From Bacteroidales bacterium (lineage in GTDB: Bacteria > Bacteroidota > Bacteroidia > Bacteroidales > VadinHA17): a DNA stretch of 49,586 nt. Numbering within the stretch: the stretch's first letter is position 1; the number at the start of each line of letters is the position of its first letter. Under the pieces are notes generated by a model. It had not been told where the DNA came from. It saw only the letters and a list, made by a program, of their open reading frames with translations, and made no database searches. Of the stretch, positions 38,238-47,293 are shown piece by piece. A program made the position numbers and the translations under genes. The DNA lies in contig JAAYKX010000245.1 in NCBI GenBank assembly GCA_012522155.1, positions 1 through 49,586 of the forward strand. Direction: 5' to 3'.

Positions 38238-38355
38238 GTCACAGGCATATCACGGTATTTGGGCAGAGCTGACGGTCACGACCACATATCAGTGTTTGGG
38301 TAAACTGGCAGTCACGGGCACATCACGGTGTTTGGGTAAACTGGCAGTCACAGCC
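38238..38355. repeat. 36-37-bp tandem repeat x about 3.2 in the ogt/DedA convergent intergenic region
   Basis: Units start gtcac at 38238, 38275, 38311 and 38347. The consensus is gtcacgggcacatcacggtgtttgggtaaactggca. No unique spacers separate the units. Confidence 0.9.
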
Positions 38356-38374
38356 GGATCTATGATCCGGTTTT
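38354..38374 (+). terminator. Rho-independent terminator for ogt
   Basis: ccggatc-tat-gatccgg followed by tttt. It overlaps the DedA TAG stop codon (38360-38362). Confidence 0.55.
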
Positions 38375-39016
38375 AGAATCCTGACCACTTTCACCGCCGG
38401 CGTTTTTGTTCTTATTCCTGTTCAATCTTCCCCTTATGATGAGCCAGACAACGAACACTATTCCCAGGACGATCAGCAAATGACCGACATAGGGTAAAAT
38501 CTTATCCCTCAGTTCATATACAAAGTAACCGACAACTGCCAGGATGATATTCCAGAGTCCTGCCCCTGCCGCGGTATACAGCAGGAAATTACGGATATTC
38601 ATCCGTGCCAGTCCTGCAGGTATTGAAATAAGCTGCCGGACTGCCGGGACAAGTCTTCCTATGAAAGTGGACGAATTACCGTTTCTGATAAAATAGTCTT
38701 CCGCATGCTGCACCTTATCCTTCGAAAGCAGTAACAGTCTTCCCATCCTTGAATCAGCAAACCTGTAAACCAGGGGTCTGCCAAGATAAAGTGAAAGATA
38801 GTAGTTGAAAAGCGCTCCGATCAATGCCCCGATTGTTCCGGCAATAATCACCCCGAACACGTTCAGTCCTCCCTGTGCCGCCTTGTAGGCAGCAAAGGGA
38901 ATAACCACTTCCGAGGGAAAGGGAATAAAAGAACTTTCAATGGCCATCAGCAGAGCCACGGTAAAATAGTTCAGGTTGACCATATACCAGTCAACAACCG
39001 TTTGAATTATTTCCAT
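38360..39016 (-). CDS. DedA/SNARE-associated family membrane protein
   Basis: ...SSFIPFPSEVVIPFAAYKA...FIGRLVPAVRQLISIPAGLARM... are DedA motifs. ATG 39016 is used because the track start is a TTG. The gene ends in TAG. Confidence 0.88.
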   Translation of the reverse strand: MEIIQTVVDWYMVNLNYFTVALLMAIESSFIPFPSEVVIPFAAYKAAQGGLNVFGVIIAGTIGALIGALFNYYLSLYLGRPLVYRFADSRMGRLLLLSKDKVQHAEDYFIRNGNSSTFIGRLVPAVRQLISIPAGLARMNIRNFLLYTAAGAGLWNIILAVVGYFVYELRDKILPYVGHLLIVLGIVFVVWLIIRGRLNRNKNKNAGGESGQDSKTGS

Positions 39017-39111
39017 ATTGAAATGTAAGAACAAGGCGGCAAATATAGCAATATTGTCCGGTCATTAATCATTCTCTCACGAAATCAGTGAGAGCCGTAC
39101 TTGCCATTCCC

Positions 39112-40962
39112 TTACCTGAACAGAACGGCTTTTGCAGCGTCATACAATTTCTCTGCTGCCGCCCTCAGCTTTTCCGCGGAAAGCTTCATCACCTTCCTGT
39201 CATATGTCAGAAGACCGTTGGTTTCTATCTCCACATCAGTGGTCTGGGTATAAATTGCCGCTGAAAGTCCCCGTTTTATAAACGGAACCATCTGGTCGAG
39301 ATAAGCTGAATATGTTTTGAAAAGGGTGTCCGCATCCTGAAAAGTCCTGTATCCCCAGTTGTCCCTGTCGAGCCATGTATGTCCCTCAAGAGGCAGTCCC
39401 AGTCCGCCGAACTCCCCGAGGACCAGTGCCTGTTTTGTACCAAAAATTTCAGGTTTTGCCATTACGGGACCGGGATAATTATGCAGATCAAGAATATGTC
39501 CGACCTCATGGAAATTTCCTCCGCTCGCACTGTTCACCAGTCTTGAAGGATCCTTCTGCATCGTCAGGCCGGTTATTTCCTCAGTTTTGAACTGACCCCA
39601 GGCTTCGTTAAAAGGCACCCAGACAACAATACAGGGAAAGTTGAACAGATAATCCATTATGGCATTCCATTCCCTAAGAAAGATCATCTCCGATTCCTGT
39701 GTCCGTATCTTGTCTGATCCGCCCTCCATTCCCGGGCGGGTGTTCCAGTGGTTACCGCCCAGGTCACCGCTGGGCATGTCCTGCCACACCAGCATCCCTA
39801 TCCTGTCACAGTGATAATACCATCTTGCCGGTTCTGATTTTACATGCTTGCGTATTGTATTGAAGCCCATCTCCTTTGTCTTGACAATATCATATACCAA
39901 GGCCTCGTCTGTCGGGGCAGTATATAATCCGTCAGGCCACCAGCCCTGATCAAGCGGACCATACTGAAAGACAAAGCTGTTGTTAAGCATCATTCTCAGC
40001 CAGCCGTCCGCATCAGGCTCCAGGGATATCTTACGCATGGCAAAATAACTTTTAACCTCGTCTGTCACCCTGCCCTTCCGCATAACAGAAATTTTCAGGT
40101 CATACAGAAAGGGATCATCGGGTGACCATAGCCTGGGATCCGGCACCGGCAATTCAATTTTTGTCCCGGCAGCAGCTTCATATTCTGAAACCATTCTCTC
40201 CCCGGCCCATGCCGTAACACGTATCATATCCCCCGGAAGAGCCTCCTCTACGGCAACTTCCAGTTCCAGTATCTCCCTGTCAATATCGGGAACCTGTTTT
40301 GTGGAAGATATATAAGTTTCCGGAACAGCTTCAATCCAGACAGTCTGCCATATTCCCGTTACCGAGGTATACCATATCCCCGAGGGATTGAGAACCTGCT
40401 TGCCCCTGGGCTGAGGACCCCTGTCTGCCGGATCACTGACTTTCACCTCCAGGAGCTGTGAACCGCTTCTTCTGACAAAGGCGGTGATGTCAAAGCTGAA
40501 AGGATCATACCCCCCCTGGTGCGAACCAACAAATGTTCCGTTCACATAGATTTCCGATTGCCAGTCGACTGCCCCGAAATGGAGAAGTACCTTTTTTCTT
40601 CTGAAATCCGAAGGGATGGTGAACCTTGTCCTGTACCACAGGATATTGTCAGGTCCGACACTTTTGCAGACGCCCGACAATGCCGATTCAACAGCAAAGG
40701 GAACCAGTATCCTGCCGTCATAAACCGAAGGCCCGGCACTGCCTGCCGGAGTAACAGCATAATCCCACAATCCGTTCAGATTCTTCCAGGAATCCCTCAC
40801 CATCTGGGGTCTGGGATATTCCGGAAGGGGGCTGAGAGGATTTATTTCAGATGCCCATGGAGTAGTGATCTTGTCGCCTGCAGGCTTCCAGGCAGTGGCC
40901 TGTGATTGTGCAGATCCTGAAAGAAGGATCAGGAAAATTGCTGCGCTGAGTAATTTTTTCAT
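39112..40962 (-). CDS. Glycoside hydrolase family 2 protein (beta-galactosidase/glucuronidase-like), secreted
   Basis: Has a signal peptide, an N-terminal sugar-binding domain (LHFGAVDWQSEIYVNG) and TIM-barrel motifs (WQDMPSG, FNEAWGQ). 616 aa. Confidence 0.85.
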   Translation of the reverse strand: MKKLLSAAIFLILLSGSAQSQATAWKPAGDKITTPWASEINPLSPLPEYPRPQMVRDSWKNLNGLWDYAVTPAGSAGPSVYDGRILVPFAVESALSGVCKSVGPDNILWYRTRFTIPSDFRRKKVLLHFGAVDWQSEIYVNGTFVGSHQGGYDPFSFDITAFVRRSGSQLLEVKVSDPADRGPQPRGKQVLNPSGIWYTSVTGIWQTVWIEAVPETYISSTKQVPDIDREILELEVAVEEALPGDMIRVTAWAGERMVSEYEAAAGTKIELPVPDPRLWSPDDPFLYDLKISVMRKGRVTDEVKSYFAMRKISLEPDADGWLRMMLNNSFVFQYGPLDQGWWPDGLYTAPTDEALVYDIVKTKEMGFNTIRKHVKSEPARWYYHCDRIGMLVWQDMPSGDLGGNHWNTRPGMEGGSDKIRTQESEMIFLREWNAIMDYLFNFPCIVVWVPFNEAWGQFKTEEITGLTMQKDPSRLVNSASGGNFHEVGHILDLHNYPGPVMAKPEIFGTKQALVLGEFGGLGLPLEGHTWLDRDNWGYRTFQDADTLFKTYSAYLDQMVPFIKRGLSAAIYTQTTDVEIETNGLLTYDRKVMKLSAEKLRAAAEKLYDAAKAVLFR

Positions 40963-41069
40963 TTAGTTCCTGTTGAAGCAATGTTGTTTAAATAATTTAC
41001 CTTTTCCCAAATTAAGATAATTTTTTCAGAATAAAAATCCCTGACAAAACTGAAGGATCACCCTAACGG

Positions 41070-43025
41070 CTAATCCTGTTGTGTCCTTCGTATTCTTTGA
41101 CCGGCAGGCTGATCAATAATTATCGGTACCTTTTCCACCAAAATGCTGGTGGAATCAAGGTGAAGAGCCATTTCTTCAGACTGGCCAAGCTGTTTTACAA
41201 GCATATGAAGGATAAGTGTGAAATTTTCAGAAGCCGACAGCTTAATATCACGGAGCATTATCCTGTCAATAAGTACAAAAATGAATTCACCCTGCAGACC
41301 ATGTTTTCTCAGGGAGTCATAGCCGCTTTCAGGTGATATCTCACCTGCCTCCATCATATCTTCAATCACCTCCCTGAAATAGAGATTGATCCTTGGATCA
41401 ACCTTGAACCCTATTCTGAAATCTATCCTTATCAGCAGTCCGGGTATAATTTGTTTTACCCTGTAATCAAACCTGTTAGGTTCATCAACCCTGTCAACAT
41501 GAAGAAACCAGTAAGTTTTTGCACGCCTGGGCTGTTTATGAAATATTGAATAGATCACCTTTGATTCAACCTGATCATCCCTGTTTGCCTTTATTATATA
41601 GACCAGGTTTGTGGCATAGAGGGGAACTGACTCATCCCTGCTCAGGTCCCTGAACAGATCAAGGTATTTGTCAAGATCGGCAAATGTGATATAACGGTTC
41701 TTTAATTTCCGCCCGAAATACCATCCGTACATTATGAAAAAAAATACTGTTGTAATAAGAATGGTGTACCATCCTCCCGAACTGAATTTGTTCAGGTTTG
41801 CTGTAAGGAAGCTTCCCTCCGCAAGCAGATAGACCATCAGCAGTATCAGTACAAGCCGGTGACTGATACCTTTCTGCAGCAGGTAATACGACAGAAGCAG
41901 GGTGGTCATTATCTCCATTATATTGATTGCCAGACCGTATGCCATTGTCATATCAAGCGATTCCCGAAAAATGACCACGGTAAGGCTGCATGCTATCCAG
42001 AGAAACCAGTTGACAAAGGGAATATAGATAATGATTCCGGATTTTGTGGGATGAAGTATTTTGATTTTCGGCCACAGGTTGAGTGAAACAGCTTCACCCA
42101 TCAGGTTAAATGATCCTGTAATTATTGACTGACTGGCAATAACAGAAACTGCCGATGCAATTATTATCCCCGGAACAAGAAACCATGAAGGCATCATTGA
42201 GAAAAAGGGATTGCCTCCGCTGACTGATCCCGTGCCGGACAATATCCATGCTCCCTGTCCGAAATAATTCAGCACCAATGCTGTTTTGACAAATGTCCAG
42301 GATATCCTGATATTCCTGCTTCCGAAGGTTCCCAGTCCTGCATATATCATCTCGGCACCGGTTACCGAAAGAAACACTGCACCGAGCAGTATGAACCCGC
42401 CCGGGTATTCCCTGATGAAATGATATGCATATGCCGGGCTGAGGGCTTTGAGAATACCGGGATGGGCCGTGATACCGCTTATTCCGAGTTATGCGAGGAT
42501 GCCAAACCATACAGCCATCACCGTACCGGAAAACCTGCCGGTTCTGTTTACCCCGAACTGCTGTACAAAGAACAATACGGTGATGATTATCAAAACTATC
42601 GGAAAAACAGGCAATGAGGGTTTCAACATTCTGAACCCTTCTATTGAGGATGTTATTGTAACCGCCGGCATAATCACGCTGTCGGCAAGAAAGGCTGCAC
42701 CGGCTGTCATGGTCAGCAGAGCGGCCCAGGGGGCCTTGCTTTTTATCAGGGTAAAAAGTGCAAAAATGCCGCCTTCGCCATTATTGCCAGCTTCCAGTGA
42801 CACAAACACGTATTTGATGGTGGCCAGAAGGGTAAGTGTCCAGAAAATACATGACAGGCCTCCGTAAACCAGTAATTCATCAGGATTTCCGGAAGCGGTG
42901 CCGGCAAGTGATCTTACTGCATAAAGGGGACTGGTTCCGAGTGAGCCGAAGACCACGGCCAGTGCAGCCGCGGAGAATGCAGTGGAGAACCTGGACATTC
43001 CCGGACTATCTTTGTCTGCTTCCAT
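41070..43025 (-). pseudogene. kup: KUP-family K+ uptake transporter interrupted by one in-frame TAA (42489-42491)
   Basis: Track ORFs 42489..43079 and 41070..42377 are in one frame. Reading through gives ...[61 protein letters not shown]..., collinear with Kup. 652 codons from ATG 43025. Confidence 0.8.
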
Positions 43026-43100
43026 GACTGCCACCTGTTTAAGTACAATAAACAGCAAAAAGGGAAAACAAATGTACAAATAAATTATCTTTGCCCTGTG

Positions 43101-44294
43101 ATGGAAGCAATAAAATCAGGTACGGAAGCATCCCGGACAATCCTTTCTGCAATTACTTTTAAAACAGTACTGATACTGAGCGTGCTGTTCCTTGTACCGG
43201 CCGGCAGGGTCATAAGTCAGCCGCCCGCTGATGAAGAGCAAAAACTCTCACTGCTCTTTATAGGCGACATAATGGGACATGACACACAGATAAGGGCCGC
43301 ATGGGATCCTGAAACAAAATCATATAATTATGATGACCAGTTCAGATATGTGAGACCCATTATTGAAAGCTGTGATTTTACGGCTGCCAACCTGGAGGTT
43401 ACCCTTGCAGGGCCACCCTACAGGGGATATCCTCAGTTCAGCTCTCCCCCTGCCCTTGCAGCGGCATGCATGAATGCAGGCATTGAATGCCTGTTCACTG
43501 CGAATAACCACACGGCTGACAGGGGAAACAGGGGAATCCTGAGCACCATCTCCAGGCTCGACAGTCTGGGAATCATGCATACCGGAATATTTCGCGACAA
43601 GCTCTCGGCAGACAGCCTTCAGCCGCTGATGATAAATAAAAACGGTATTTCTGTTGCCTTTCTCAATTATACCTACGGAACAAACGGTATTCCCGTTCCG
43701 CCGCCCGTGGTTGTCAATATGCTGGACAAGGAAAAAATAGCTGCTGATATCGAAAAAGCCGGGGCCCTGAATCCCGACCTTCTCGTACTTGCACTGCACT
43801 GGGGTGTTGAATATGATACTATTCCTTCGGAAGAACAGACAAAACTTGCCAATTATTTTTTTTACAGGGGGGCTGACCTGATCATCGGTTCCCATCCCCA
43901 CGTCCTGCAAAAGATGATATGGAAAAAAGACAATCCCATTTTCAGGAACAAGGCAATAGCCTATTCCCTTGGAAATTTTGTCTCAAACCAGAGAAAGCCG
44001 CTTACCGACGGCGGTTCAATGGTAAGGATTGAAGTCGCCCGCAGGGACAGTTCAGTTGTAATAACCGACGCAGGATATTATCTTACATGGGTTTACACTC
44101 CCGTTGAGAATGGCAGAAGGAATTTCTATATCCTTCCATGCAATGAGTTTGAAAACAAAGCGGAGTTTTTTCAGGACAAAAATGACTTCCTGCAGATGCA
44201 AAGATTCATAAAAACCTCAAGGTCCTTGCTGAACAGGCACAACGAAGGCTTCAGGGAACTGTTCCGGAAAGACTTCGCCGGTAAGCGGGAGTAA
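43101..44294 (+). CDS. CapA/PGA_cap-family metallophosphoesterase-like protein
   Basis: Contains LLFIGDIMGHD...ANLEVTLAG...ANNHTADRG...LHWGVEYD...GSHPHVLQ, the CapA family pattern, with an N-terminal membrane anchor. Confidence 0.85.
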   Translation: MEAIKSGTEASRTILSAITFKTVLILSVLFLVPAGRVISQPPADEEQKLSLLFIGDIMGHDTQIRAAWDPETKSYNYDDQFRYVRPIIESCDFTAANLEVTLAGPPYRGYPQFSSPPALAAACMNAGIECLFTANNHTADRGNRGILSTISRLDSLGIMHTGIFRDKLSADSLQPLMINKNGISVAFLNYTYGTNGIPVPPPVVVNMLDKEKIAADIEKAGALNPDLLVLALHWGVEYDTIPSEEQTKLANYFFYRGADLIIGSHPHVLQKMIWKKDNPIFRNKAIAYSLGNFVSNQRKPLTDGGSMVRIEVARRDSSVVITDAGYYLTWVYTPVENGRRNFYILPCNEFENKAEFFQDKNDFLQMQRFIKTSRSLLNRHNEGFRELFRKDFAGKRE

Positions 44295-44342
44295 AACGAA
44301 ATTATGGCACAACGAAGGCTTCAGGGAACTGTACAGGAAAGA
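44236..44342. repeat. 37-bp direct repeat with 70-bp period duplicating the CapA-like gene 3' region (44236-44272 and 44306-44342)
   Basis: ggcacaacgaaggcttcagggaactgt is identical in both copies and the next 10 nt match 8/10. Copy 2 lies downstream of the stop codon. Confidence 0.9.
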
Positions 44343-44446
44343 AGGGGAATAATGATACCACGAGGATTTCTCAGCTTCTTTTATTATATTAACACGAGAC
44401 TTATTTGCTTTATATTATTAGCTTTGCGATAAATACATTTATTTTG

Positions 44447-45103
44447 ATGAACTACGACTACAATACTCAGAGGAAAAGGATGGCCCTTCCGGAATACGGC
44501 AGAAATGTTCAGAAAATGGCTGACCATATCAAAACCATCAAGGACAGGAATGAAAGGAACAGGGCTGCCAGAACATTAATACATATTATGGGCAATCTTA
44601 ATCCTCACCTTCGCGATGAAGGGGATTTCAGGCATAAACTGTGGGATCATCTGGCTCTGATAGCAGATTTCGAACTGGATATTGATTCACCCTATCCTCC
44701 TCCCGAAAAGGGAAAATTTTCTGAAAAACCAAATCAGATACCCTACAAGCAGGGTAACATAAGATTCCTCCACTATGGCGGATTAATAGAAGTGATGATT
44801 GATGCTGCCGTCAAACTGGAAGAGGGTCCTGAAAAGGAATATCTCACAAACCTCATCGTAAACCAGATGAAGAAGTCATACGTTACATGGAACAGAAACC
44901 AGGTAAGTGATGAAATAATCATTTCAGACCTGAACCTGCTGTCGGGAGGTAAATTAAAAATTACTGAAGGTGTAAAAATACTGGAAATAAAAGAGTTGCT
45001 GCCCCAGCCCAGGAGAAAACAGCAACATGGCAAATCACACGGAAAACAACAGAACAAGCAATACGGCAGGAAAAAAGGTCACAACCGCACTGACCGGCAC
45101 TGA
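44447..45103 (+). CDS. DUF4290-family protein (conserved in Bacteroidota) with a basic C-terminal tail
   Basis: MNYDYNTQRKRMALPEYGRNVQKMADHI...GNLNPHLRD...HKLWDHL. ATG 44447 is preferred over 44405. Confidence 0.8.
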   Translation: MNYDYNTQRKRMALPEYGRNVQKMADHIKTIKDRNERNRAARTLIHIMGNLNPHLRDEGDFRHKLWDHLALIADFELDIDSPYPPPEKGKFSEKPNQIPYKQGNIRFLHYGGLIEVMIDAAVKLEEGPEKEYLTNLIVNQMKKSYVTWNRNQVSDEIIISDLNLLSGGKLKITEGVKILEIKELLPQPRRKQQHGKSHGKQQNKQYGRKKGHNRTDRH

Positions 45104-45170
45104 CGACCGGAACTGACGGTCGGCACCGACCAGCACTGACGACCGGCACTGAACGGAACTGACAGGCACT
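45087..45170. repeat. Degenerate ACTGAC/CCGG-rich tandem repeats spanning the DUF4290 stop codon
   Basis: gcactgaccggcactgacgaccggaactgacgg ... gcactgacgaccggcactgaacggaactgacagg. The 14-mer gcactgacgaccgg occurs at 45098 and 45133. Confidence 0.75.
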
Positions 45171-45361
45171 TTTATTATACATAGAGCCGGTTTTCCCCGC
45201 TATGAAACAGCACTCAGCATTCAAAATACCATATTCCCCGGATCATCTGTATCCGCCTGCTTAACCCGGGAAGCGTAACTACTGCCCTGCCAAATTGTCA
45301 AGACTGTTTTCATGGCAGATTATTTGATGGGCATTATTCTCAAAATCGAAATATTAATATA

Positions 45362-46006
45362 ATGAGCAAGAAGAAAAGCAGCTTCAGGGAGGATACTAAA
45401 CATAATCAAAAGGGGGAAGAGTCTGAGAACAAAAAAGATAACACAAATACAGAATCCATTGACCAGGCTGAAGAGGCCAATTCTGCCACAGCGGACCCGG
45501 GCGAACAGCCCGTGTCAGTTGCTGAAGAGGAAGCGCTGACAGCTGACAAAGTTGTATCAGCGGAAGAGCTTCTGGAGGAAAAACTGGCAGAGATGCAGGA
45601 TAAGTATATCCGCCTTTCAGCCGAATTTGACAATTACAGGAAAAGAACCCTGCGTGAAAAAATGGATCTGACAAAATTCGCCTCAGAAAATGTTTTACTG
45701 AAGATACTTCCCTTTATGGATGATTTCGAAAGGGCCCTGGCAAATATGGAGAACGCAAGGGATCACAATGCCGTCAAGGAAGGTATTGACCTTATTCATA
45801 TAAAATTTCTGGATTTTCTGAAACAGAATGGTATTTCCGAAGTAGAGGCACTGGATATTCCGTTCAATATAGATCTCCACGATGCCGTGGGAAAAATGCC
45901 TGTTGAGGATAAAAACAGGAAAGGCAAGGTTGTTGAAGTGATTCAGAAAGGATATTATCTGCTGGACAAAGTGATAAGGCATTCCAAGGTGATTGTCGGG
46001 GAATAA
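45362..46006 (+). CDS. grpE: Nucleotide exchange factor GrpE
   Basis: ...QDKYIRLSAEFDNYRKRTLREK...FDPxxH-type C-terminus (FNIDLHDAV). An acidic N-terminal extension is present. Confidence 0.93.
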   Translation: MSKKKSSFREDTKHNQKGEESENKKDNTNTESIDQAEEANSATADPGEQPVSVAEEEALTADKVVSAEELLEEKLAEMQDKYIRLSAEFDNYRKRTLREKMDLTKFASENVLLKILPFMDDFERALANMENARDHNAVKEGIDLIHIKFLDFLKQNGISEVEALDIPFNIDLHDAVGKMPVEDKNRKGKVVEVIQKGYYLLDKVIRHSKVIVGE

Positions 46007-46076
46007 ATTCACCGGCCACTGCCACGCGGGTCATCACCACTGCCGGCAGTCCATAGTATGAGGAAATCTGGAAAGA

Positions 46077-47222
46077 ATGGAGAAAAGAGATTATTATGAT
46101 GTTCTGGGTGTTACGAAAAACGCTTCCAAGGAAGATATCAAGAAAGCCTACAGAAAGCAGGCACTGAAATATCATCCCGACAAAAATCCCGGGGACAAGA
46201 AAGCTGAAGAGAATTTCAAGGAAGCAGCTGAAGCCTACGAAGTTCTGTCGAACGATGAAAAAAGATCGAGATACGACAGGTTCGGGCATGCAGGGATGGG
46301 GGGTGCTGCCGGCGGATTCACCGGCGGAGGAATGACAGTAGAAGATATATTTTCTTCTTTCGGCGATATATTCGGTGATGCTTTCGGGGGTTTTGGCGGT
46401 TTTACCTCAGGCCGGAGAAGCCGCAGGGTCAACAAGGGTACCAATCTCAGGGTAAAAGTCAGACTAAGCCTTAAGGAAGTTGCAAACGGAACAGAAAAGA
46501 AGATCCGGGTAAACAAATACGTCAGCTGTGACACCTGCGGGGGATCAGGAGCTGCTGATTCCAACAGTATTTCCACCTGCCAGACATGTCATGGCACAGG
46601 TCATGTAACAAGAATAACCAACACCCTTCTGGGCCAGATGCAAACATCTTCCATTTGTCCCACCTGCGGGGGAGAAGGTAAAACAATCACAAAAAAATGT
46701 CATGTCTGCTACGGTGAGGGGATTGTCAAAAAGGACGAGATTATAAAAATAAAAATCCCGGCCGGCGTGGCAAAGGGAATGCAGATGACAATATCCGGAA
46801 AGGGAAATGCAGCCAGGCGCGGAGGAATCAACGGCGACCTTCTTGTACTTATTGAAGAGGAAAAACATCCTGAACTGATAAGGGAAGGAAATGATCTTAT
46901 ATATAATCTTTTCATAAGCATCCCGGATGCAACCCTCGGCACCCATGTCGAGATACCCACCGTGGAAAATAATGTGAAGATAAAGATCGAACCCGGAACC
47001 CAGCCCGGTAAAATACTCCGCCTGAAGGGCAAGGGTCTTCCGGAGGTAAATGCTTACGGACGGGGCGACCTGCTGGTAAATGTCAATGTATGGATACCAA
47101 AAAGCATGACCCGCGAAGAATCAAAAATCATTGAAAAGTTCAGGGAGTCAGACTCATTCACCCCCCGGCCCGACAAATCCGACAAGGGCTTTTTTGAAAG
47201 GATGAGAGGTTATTTCGACTAA
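46077..47222 (+). CDS. dnaJ: Molecular chaperone DnaJ
   Basis: J-domain (DYYDVLGV...KYHPDKN), a G/F region and four CxxCxGxG zinc-finger motifs. 381 aa. Confidence 0.96.
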   Translation: MEKRDYYDVLGVTKNASKEDIKKAYRKQALKYHPDKNPGDKKAEENFKEAAEAYEVLSNDEKRSRYDRFGHAGMGGAAGGFTGGGMTVEDIFSSFGDIFGDAFGGFGGFTSGRRSRRVNKGTNLRVKVRLSLKEVANGTEKKIRVNKYVSCDTCGGSGAADSNSISTCQTCHGTGHVTRITNTLLGQMQTSSICPTCGGEGKTITKKCHVCYGEGIVKKDEIIKIKIPAGVAKGMQMTISGKGNAARRGGINGDLLVLIEEEKHPELIREGNDLIYNLFISIPDATLGTHVEIPTVENNVKIKIEPGTQPGKILRLKGKGLPEVNAYGRGDLLVNVNVWIPKSMTREESKIIEKFRESDSFTPRPDKSDKGFFERMRGYFD

Positions 47223-47293
47223 GACAAGCTGCGATAAAGATCCGCAGAGTTTTCTATATTTACATTTCTTATTATTTCTAAACTATTCCTTCA

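Noticed and set aside
38238-38355. Possible CRISPR array (regular repeats of about 36 bp)
   Set aside because: The units are directly adjacent with no unique spacers. There are only about 3 copies, the units are degenerate, and there are no cas genes in the window. This is a minisatellite.
11207-42491. Stop-codon reassignment (TAG or TAA read as sense) as the explanation for the in-frame stops in the RND and Kup genes
   Set aside because: TAA terminates most genes here, including rpsC and rpsG. TAG terminates DedA (38360-38362) and the TolB-like gene (31663-31665) at positions that fit family lengths. The two internal stops are also of different kinds. Nonsense mutations or base errors are far more likely.
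45207-45215. CIRCE heat-shock operator upstream of grpE-dnaJ
   Set aside because: Only a 7/9 left half-site (acagcactc) is present. The required inverted right half (GAGTGCTAA) is absent 9 nt downstream.
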